32,000 nucleotides of DNA from Mycobacterium leprae TN (GTDB lineage Bacteria; Actinomycetota; Actinomycetes; Mycobacteriales; Mycobacteriaceae): the NCBI RefSeq assembly GCF_000195855.1, contig NC_002677.1, positions 960,001 to 992,000 on the forward strand, written 5' to 3'. Below the pieces are notes generated by a model. The model worked only from the letters and a program-made list of their open reading frames with translations. It was not told the DNA's origin and did not search any database. The translations under genes were made by a program, and so were the position numbers. Shown here piece by piece: positions 21,991-32,000 of the stretch. The first letter of the stretch is position 1. Every line of letters starts with the position of its first letter.

Positions 21991-23039
21991 TTGTGCGGCC
22001 GGTATGTTGGGGGTCATCGGTGGTAACGCGTGGGGATGGATAGGGAATGCCCGTTGAAGGAGGGCCAGGTGGTGGAGAAATCGCTCGATTTGAGTTCGTC
22101 CTAGGACTGTTCTAAACACTTTGCTCAGCGGCCCAGCCGGTGTGTTGTGTAATGCTCAACTGACTGTACGGGTGGTTGTCTCTTACTAAGTTCAAATCTG
22201 CTAAGTCAACTTTCGTTCATCGTTTGTATGTTTCGCCGTCATAATCCTTTGTCGAACGGTGTGACATCTTGCTTGGCAGTGTCTTGAGATTTCTCTTACT
22301 CAGTTGGGGGCGGTGAGACCGCTGTAAAATGTCGTTAACAAAGCTGTGGAAAAATTTGGTAAAGGGAGGGATTTTGGCGCAAGATTGTCTTGCTATCCGG
22401 CGGTAGAAGTGGGTTATTGTCGGACGCTCCGGTCCGATTTATTGGATCGATGTTGTGATGGCTTTAGGATGTTTTACGATTGTTGACTGATATTAGCTCT
22501 GCCCGACTTTTTGCCGGAGGCGAGTTAGGGCCAATTATTTGTGGCGGCTATGGCCTAGGATGGGCTGGTATCGGGTTTGCAGTCGCCGGTGTAGTCATTT
22601 GCCTCGGTGATTGCGGGGTTGGGTAGGTGATCCCGGAATCGGTGTTGATGGCGAAGGCGGCGACATTGTACGTGGGGTGGTTGAACGCGGCGGGGACAGG
22701 CGGAGTTGGCGTTGGCTGCCACGATACCTCCGGTGACGGTGAATCGGACGACGTTGTCGTCTTTGTTAGCAACGAGCATCTTCAGTATTAACGTTCCTGG
22801 TGATTGCGGCCACGGAGTTTCATTATGTGGATATGTGAGCTCAAGATGTGGCCGCTAATGGTGGTGTAATTTACTGCGGCGACGTCGGTGGCATCGACAT
22901 TGACGTCGTTCTGCGTCGTCGCTGAAATTTGGTGAGGTTGATGGAGTTGGTGTCGCAGGCGGTTTCGGACGTGTCAACGGCGTGGACTGGGTTCACCACG
23001 CATCTAGTACACCGATTCCAGTTCCTGACGAAAACCATA

Positions 23040-23200
23040 GCCGCGCAATGCGAAGCAGTCGACGCGTTCCTGCGCAGCCTGGCGTAGCGGCGACTTCGCC
23101 CGATTGGTGTCGGTGCTGCATCCCGACGTAGTGCTGCGCGGTAATGTCGGTGCCGCCGATGTGGCAGGGGTCAATGTCGGCTCGGATAGGTGATGTGTCG
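23040..23200 (+). pseudogene. Short remnant resembling an NTF2/SnoaL-like domain (as found at the C-terminus of some ECF sigma factors)
   Basis: Two adjacent frames read AVDAFLRSLA and SGDFARLVSVLHPDVVLRGNVGAAD... then a stop. This matches the common pattern (GD.d.l..lL.pDVvl). The assignment rests on about 40 residues only. Confidence 0.25.
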
Positions 23201-24314
23201 GGATTGGGGGTGCGATGCCAAACGCTGAAGCGATGGCAGGGCGGCTCCTACTGGTGGTGGCTTGCTGATGGGTATGGGCGGCGGGAGGATGCCTGGGGAG
23301 ATGATGGGCTGCGGTGGCGCGAGTCCGCATGTGGTGCAGTTGTGTCTGATCACGGACAAAGTTGCAAACCGCAGGTAGCAACATGGCCAGTACCGATTCG
23401 GTCCTAGGGGTTCAGTGGAGTCTAACCGCAGTTGTCACTGGACGGGCAACGCACGGAAGATAGTGCACCCCCGCCTACGGCACTAGTTGAAAAACATCAC
23501 TTCGCCTGGTCATATCGAATTATTATCCCGTGCTAAATGATACGATCCTGGCCGTATGAGGTCTCATGTGCTGATGGCGCATCATTGGAAATAGCGACGG
23601 TGTGCTTTCGGGCCAAATATGGCTGTAGCACTACACTTGCTGAAGTCGTTACAACCGCTTCAGTAAGCGTGGATCAAGGCGAGTACGAACTGGGGCTTCG
23701 ACGTCTCTGCGCTCCTGCGGTAGTCCAAATCAATGGAATGTTTGTCGGGAGTGCTTGGCAAAAATTACCACCGCCACCAGAGCGAGGGTTTTGATGTTGC
23801 TGGCTGATCCGGTGATCGAAAAGGCTTATGGCACTGGGCCGTGTCCCGGTCATCTGACCGACATCGAACCATTCGTGTTGTTTGTGTAGGAGACCAGGTT
23901 GTTTGATCACTATTTTCGTGACGCTTTCTGGCATCAACGGGTTCAACACCCCGTAGCCGGAATTCCAACAAAAGTGATGGAACCCGATGACCAAATCGCT
24001 TGACCACAATGACACTATCATCCGGTTCCGTTTCGACACTATACCGAAGCTCCCTACTTAATGGTGAATGCGTCAATGACCCTGACCACGGGTGGATCGC
24101 CATCCGCTAAATCATGGAATAGCAGTGCCAACGACAAATTTGCTGCTGGCACAGTCTGAGACTATTCTTTTCACGTCAGTATACCGGTGATGATGGTGTT
24201 GGATACGATTCCGTAACTACCGCAGTGCGTGCACAATGTAATGTTCGGGTCGACTTGCGGCGGCTGGCTTCAGTTGTAAGCTGGTGAGCAACTCAAAATC
24301 GTCCGCCGCTGCTG

Positions 24315-26326
<2,012 letters not shown>

Positions 26327-26449
26327 ATGGGCTAATTTAGCCTGGCTAAGATGCACAGGCATAAGGGGAGCGAGGAGGTGGCGGGGATTCCCGTCTTGCT
26401 GGGGCGGGGGACAGTCGGGTGCGATGGTTCTTCCTTGGTCCTCTCGTAG

Positions 26450-27763
<1,314 letters not shown>

Positions 27764-27789
27764 CAAATAGTCGGGTTAGGCCGTCCGAC

Positions 27790-28397
27790 ATGATCAAACT
27801 CAGCGCCGTTGCCCTCTGTTGTTCCTGCTTCCAGTTGTAGTCATGACTGTCTTTAGTCTGGATCAGTGTCAAAAACACCCAGCTGGGAACCATACCTGCG
27901 GTCAAGAGTGGCTCACTGTTGTCGTCAACGGCCAGCCAGCCTTCCGGTAGTGAATCGCTTGCAGTGCAACTGAAAACGCCGTACGGTTGATTTGTGGCCA
28001 TGACGACCTTCGATTTCACGGATTACGCCGCTATCATCGTCAAGACGATTGTTACTGGCATCCTGGCTCCGGGATTTCACGGGATGCACATCCACCCGAT
28101 CGGCAAGTGCTAAACCAATTAAGTTGCCCCAGCCGGCGACCTGCCCGGCAACATTCTTATCCGTCTGTGAGCATTACCAGTATCCTGTGTACACTGAGAA
28201 ACTCCCGAGCGGCTGCCTGACGTTGCTTGAGATATGTCCAGACGGCTCCGCTCTGCTGGTGCCGACAAGTGACGTGTTCACCAGGGAAGAGCTGCTGTTA
28301 GGTGACAAGACCGCAGTCATGATCCACGGCACCGAATACAGGGATAATGCCATGGATGGAGCGGATCGCATGCGGTGTCATTGTCCCGGCTTACTGA
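27790..28397 (+). pseudogene. Cu,Zn superoxide dismutase (SodC-like lipoprotein) pseudogene
   Basis: A single frame from ATG 27790 reads MIKLSAVALCCSCFQL (lipoprotein-like signal), then ...ESLAVQLKTPYG, FVAMTTFDFTDYAAIIVKTIVTGILAPGFHGMHIHPIGKC, TN, VAPAGDLPGN. In-frame stops fall at 27838, 27844, 27988, 28111 and 28120. After a frameshift it reads FLSVCEHYQYPV...DGSALLVPTSDVFTREELLLGDKTAVMIHG, and after another it reads ACGVIVPAY then TGA at 28395. GFHG.HIH..GKC and ACGVI are Cu,Zn-SOD signatures. Confidence 0.75.
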
Positions 28398-28457
28398 ACT
28401 AGCCCGGAGCGGTGTTGGCTATGCAGCAAGCTGAACACGGGGTTCTAGACTGAGCCT

Positions 28458-30386
28458 ATGGTCGGCCGTATCCCAGATCGCGATATTGCCGCTATCCGTG
28501 AACGGGTCTGCATTGAGGAAGTCGTCGGCGATTACGTCCAATTGCGGCGCGCCGGAGCCGATTCGCTTAAAGGCCTGTGTCCGTTCCACAACGAGAAATC
28601 ACCGTCGTTTCATGTACGCCCAAACCATGGCCATTTCCACTGCTTTGGCTGTAGTGAGGGCGGTGACGTGTATGCGTTTATCCAGAAGATCGAACACGTC
28701 AGCTTTGTTGAGGCGGTTGAAATGCTGGCTGACCGGATTGGCCACACGATTAACTATTTCGGCACGGCCACCAGCGTGCAGCGCGATCGCGGTAGTCGCA
28801 GCAGGCTCATTGCGGCCAATGCGGCCGCAGCAGCGTTCTATGCGGCAGCCTTGGAGTCAGACGAGGCGGCACCGGCTCGCCAGTACCTCATGGAGCGCAA
28901 TTTCGATGCTAATGCCGCACGTCATTTCGGCTGCGGATTCGCGCCGTCGGGCTGGGATTCATTGACAAAATATCTGATAAGCAAGGGTTTTGAATTCACA
29001 GAACTGGAGGCTGCGGGGCTGTCTCGGCAGGGACGCCGTGGTCCGATGGACCGCTTTCACCGTCGGCTACTGTGGCCGATCCTCACATTGGCTGGCGAAG
29101 TGATCGGGTTCGGCGCCCGGCGGTTGTTTGACGATGACCCGATGGAAGCCAAGTACGTCAACACACCCGAGACGCTGTTGTATAAGAAGTCGTCGGTGAT
29201 GTTTGGCATCGACTTGGCTAAACGGGATATCGTCAAGGGGCATCAGGCCGTTGTGGTCGAGGGCTACACCGACGTGATGGCTATGCATCTGGCAGGGGTT
29301 ACCACTGCTGTCGCGTCGTGCGGCACGGCGTTCGGCGATGAGCATCTGGCGATGCTGCGCAGGCTAATAATGGATGATAACTGGTATCGGGGTGAATTGA
29401 TCTTTGTCTTCGATGGCGATGCGGCTGGGCAGGCAGCGGCTCTGAAGGCATTCGACGGCGACCAGCAGGTTGCCGGAAAATCGTTCGTCGCCGTCGCTGC
29501 GGATGGCATGGATCCGTGCGACCTCCGGCTCAGCTCTGGAGACCAGGCATTACGCGACTTGGTTGCTTGCCGCAAACCAATGTTCGAATTCGCTATTCGA
29601 AGTTTGATTCCTGACGGAATGGTTCTTGACGATGACCCACAGGCGAAAGTGGATGCGCTGCGCCGATCCGTTCCGCTGGTTGCTCGGATTAGGGACTATG
29701 CGTTGCGCGACGAATACGCGCGACGCCTGGCGGGCTGGACGGGATGGTCGGACGAAGGGCAAGTGCTTGCTCGAGTGCGCGAAGAGGCTAACCGACGTAG
29801 CGTGCCGGAACGCACCAGAAGGCGCAGCGTGAGCGTTGAACAGTCACCATTCATGCAGCCGCCGGGTGCTCCGGCCGATCAACTCGCCGCCCGTCCTGAC
29901 CCGCGTGACCCAACACTGTGGCCGCAGCGTGAGGCTTTGAAATCGGTTTTGCAGTACCCAGTTCTGGCGGGCCCAGTATTCGACACACTTACTGTCGAGA
30001 GTTTCACTCATCCCGGCTACGGAGCCGTTCGCGCGGCCATTGACGCGGCGGGCGGGGCGTCGGCCGGCATCACCGGAGCACAATGGATCGACGTGGTGCG
30101 CCAGCAAACCACATCGGCGCTGATCGCCGGTCTGATCAATGAGCTAGGTGTGGAGTCGATCCAGGTCGACGACGAGAAGCTGCCGCGCTATATCGATGGG
30201 GTGCTGGCTCGCTTGCAGGAAGTGTGGATGGGCCGACAGATTGCCGAGGTGAAATCCAAGTTGCAGCGTATGTCGCCGATTGACCAGGGTGACGAATATC
30301 ATGAACTGTTCGGCGATCTGGTCGCCATGGAAGCTTATCGACGCAGCCTGTTGGAGCAAGCCAGCGGCGACGATATGACCGCCTGA
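28458..30386 (+). CDS. dnaG: DNA primase
   Basis: 642 aa. Zinc ribbon CPFHNEKSPSFHVRPNHGHFHCFGCSEGGD. RNA-polymerase core. TOPRIM motifs VVVEGYTDVMAMH and FVFDGDAAGQAAA. The C-terminal DnaB-interaction region is present. Confidence 0.95.
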   Translation: MVGRIPDRDIAAIRERVCIEEVVGDYVQLRRAGADSLKGLCPFHNEKSPSFHVRPNHGHFHCFGCSEGGDVYAFIQKIEHVSFVEAVEMLADRIGHTINYFGTATSVQRDRGSRSRLIAANAAAAAFYAAALESDEAAPARQYLMERNFDANAARHFGCGFAPSGWDSLTKYLISKGFEFTELEAAGLSRQGRRGPMDRFHRRLLWPILTLAGEVIGFGARRLFDDDPMEAKYVNTPETLLYKKSSVMFGIDLAKRDIVKGHQAVVVEGYTDVMAMHLAGVTTAVASCGTAFGDEHLAMLRRLIMDDNWYRGELIFVFDGDAAGQAAALKAFDGDQQVAGKSFVAVAADGMDPCDLRLSSGDQALRDLVACRKPMFEFAIRSLIPDGMVLDDDPQAKVDALRRSVPLVARIRDYALRDEYARRLAGWTGWSDEGQVLARVREEANRRSVPERTRRRSVSVEQSPFMQPPGAPADQLAARPDPRDPTLWPQREALKSVLQYPVLAGPVFDTLTVESFTHPGYGAVRAAIDAAGGASAGITGAQWIDVVRQQTTSALIAGLINELGVESIQVDDEKLPRYIDGVLARLQEVWMGRQIAEVKSKLQRMSPIDQGDEYHELFGDLVAMEAYRRSLLEQASGDDMTA

Positions 30387-30400
30387 GGTAGTGTTGGCTT

Positions 30401-30658
30401 TCAGTTTCCGCCGTTCTCCCGCCACTCGGCAGAGCGTTCGATAACAGTGGTCTGGTTATCGATTTCAGCCAGGGTCACAAACCCCTCGTCAGGTGAGATC
30501 CGATTCGCGACCTTGCGGCGCCCCTCTGCGATCATTGACTTGGCCATGGGACTACCGGTAAGCGTGCGATATATACCTACGATCTGCTCGTAGCGGCGGC
30601 GGCCAGCTTTCGCACCCAGCACGTAACCCAGTCCAAGCACGATGACATACCGGATCAA
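30401..30658 (-). CDS. Small conserved membrane protein (85 aa)
   Basis: The ORF is open to 30703, but TTG at 30658 is preceded by GGGAGGA with a 6-nt spacing. It gives MIRYVIVLGLGYVLGAKAGRRRYEQI... (one TM helix). Convergent with dnaG, with 14 nt between the stops. Confidence 0.6.
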   Translation of the reverse strand: MIRYVIVLGLGYVLGAKAGRRRYEQIVGIYRTLTGSPMAKSMIAEGRRKVANRISPDEGFVTLAEIDNQTTVIERSAEWRENGGN

Positions 30659-30843
30659 AGCGGTTCCTCCCACGACGGTGCGGCTGGCTCCATCCTGCCT
30701 CACGTACCGGGATGTGTGCGCGCCGAAGCCGGGCGAGCTGGGGCGGCCGCCGGCTAGTTGCCTGGCCTCGTTCTTGGGTTCGGGTAGGTCAGTACGCTAG
30801 AGTCATCCCGCGATCTACGCCATCGTTCACGTGGGTCGAGTGG

Positions 30844-30916
30844 TCCCCTGTAGCTCAATTGGCAGAGCATTCGGCTGTTAACCGAACGGTTGGAGGTTCG
30901 AGTCCTCCCGGGGGAG
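30844..30916 (+). tRNA. asnT: tRNA-Asn (anticodon GTT)
   Basis: 73 nt folded by hand. Acceptor TCCCCTG/CGGGGGA (one G-U pair), D stem GCTC/GAGC, anticodon stem TTCGG/CCGAA with loop CTGTTAA, 5-nt variable loop, T stem GGAGG/CCTCC with loop TTCGAGT, discriminator G. CCA is not encoded. Confidence 0.93.
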
Positions 30917-30957
30917 CTGTGGTTAGCAGCACACGTTGCATGCTGCCGGCGCGGGGT

Positions 30958-31540
30958 TTACCCGTAAACCGGTCGCCACGTGGCGTCGCGGATGGCTTGC
31001 GCGACATCGGTCTGGATCCTGGTCACTACACTGTCTTCGACGGCGGCTTCATAGACAGCTGCAGCGACGGCGCACAAGTTCCGAACATCCGGCAACAGCG
31101 CATTTACCAGATTCTGGGTGTGGCGTCTGCATTCCCTGGGTTAGCCGCTTGGCACCGGCCACGATGACGTCCATTCCGAGTCCGGTAAACACCGGCGTGT
31201 TGTTGGCCTGGCCAATAATGAGGTGGTGTGCTCGTCCTATTCAACGGGGAGGACCGGGCTGCCGGTAGTAACCAGCGTTCTGTCGTTCGAACAGGACAGA
31301 ATGTCTGTAGGCATGGCTTCACACATGTGAGGTCGGGTTGGGCAACGGAAAGATCATCGGGCGCTCGCAGGACACCGTCATCGTCTCGACAACTTTCCGG
31401 CTGAACGCACCGAACACCGCTGAGCAGGAGGGTGGGTGATGCTATCTTGATCGCGGCGACCAATCCGATCCGCTCTCCTCTCCTGTAGCCACACCGAGCT
31501 GTCGGTGGTCCTTCGCATCGGGTACCTGAAAATCGCATAG
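30958..31540 (-). pseudogene. Fragmented ORFs with a crotonase-fold (enoyl-CoA hydratase-like) C-terminus; weak call
   Basis: My minus-strand translation ends NLVNALLPDVRNLCAVAAAVYEAAVEDSVVTRIQTDVAQAIRDATWRPVYG then TAA at 30958. This resembles the GLVN.vvP...l...a...a..ia segment of crotonases. The upstream piece NTPVFTGLGMDVIVAGAKRL is in another frame. No intact ORF. Confidence 0.25.
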
Positions 31541-32000
31541 TTAGTCCATGTCGTTGAGTAGCAGATTCTGCTTGTCAATCGCCCTAGATCTACGACGTGG
31601 CTTGCTTGACGGTGGCGCCGTCGTCGATCCATTGCGTCGCGTATCTGATTCAGCAACATCGATCCCGGTCGTCCTGGTTCCGAAGACGACGGTCATCTGG
31701 TCGTGTATCCGGGATACCGGTGACACGGGATCGGTCGTGCATGGTGGACAACACCACGGCGTCGTGCCTGGCATGTCATACTTGAAACATGCAATAGTCG
31801 CTGCCATAGGTCTGCAGGATATTCCGCGTGTTTCCTGGCCTGAAGTCCTCTAAATGCAGGTTTACGTGCGGACAAAGCCAGTTTGCGATCTCGATGTAGC
31901 GCTTGATGAATTCGTCTTATTCGGTTCCACGCGTGGCGGTTGCCGAGATAGAACGGGGGTCTTGCGGCAGTTGCTTATTAATCAATTCCAGACATCAAGG
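31541..32000 (-). pseudogene. Amidohydrolase-2-like (metal-dependent TIM-barrel hydrolase) C-terminal fragment, window-truncated; weak call
   Basis: The minus strand reads DEFIKRYIEIANWLCPHVNLHLEDFRPGNTRNILQTYGSDYCMF, then shifts frame to KYDMPGTTPW... and ends at 31541. An in-frame stop (RGTE then stop) lies just upstream. The pattern resembles ..yPNvy.d.s......fGSDyP of PF04909-type proteins. Confidence 0.3.

Noticed and set aside
30774-30803. Promoter-like hexamers upstream of tRNA-Asn (TTGGGT, 18-nt spacer, TAGAGT)
   Set aside because: They are plausible by position, about 40 nt upstream of the tRNA. However, the -35 match is weak, the spacer is non-optimal, and there is no independent support.
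30712-31167. 151-codon plus-strand ORF
   Set aside because: It reads straight through the tRNA-Asn gene (30844-30916), so it is an artefact of the open frame.

Overview
The window reads as Mycobacterium leprae chromosome. It is GC-rich actinobacterial DNA with heavy pseudogenisation, one RLEP dispersed repeat that carries (as I recall them) the standard RLEP PCR primer and probe sites, and an 18-unit TA microsatellite.

Gene content, left to right:
- 117-8065: an intact block of rhlE-like DEAD-box helicase, MmpS-like Thr/Pro-rich membrane protein, DUF3107 (TB9.4-like), TetR regulator, DUF3152 HExxH protein, moeZ and a kinase-fold conserved protein. A small ATL/MGMT-like ORF follows at 8193-8516.
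- 8.5-17.1 kb: a run of dead genes, namely an alpha/beta-hydrolase (lipase-like), adnA, adnB and an RCK/K+ channel gene.
- About 17.06-17.78 kb: RLEP.
- 17.8-20.2 kb: zur, smtB and, divergently, glyS, all intact.
- 20.2-26.3 kb: about 6 kb with no intact gene. It holds an IS3-family relic, an AT-rich ORF-free stretch, unassignable fragments, and a TPM-domain membrane-protein pseudogene containing (TA)18.
- 26.5-30.9 kb: dgt, a Cu,Zn-superoxide-dismutase-like pseudogene, dnaG, a small membrane protein and tRNA-Asn(GTT).
- 30.9-32.0 kb: two weakly supported pseudogene fragments.

I found no rRNA, CRISPR array, prophage, toxin-antitoxin pair or recognisable defence locus, and no coherent novel multi-gene system. 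The least explained signals are five perfect inverted repeats (arms of 23, 22, 15, 12 and 12 bp). Other points of interest are RLEP sitting exactly at a synteny break, the sodC-like pseudogene between dgt and dnaG, and the intact block of conserved genes of unknown function next to complete decay.

Orthology statements to M. tuberculosis Rv numbers and lengths are from memory and need BLAST confirmation.
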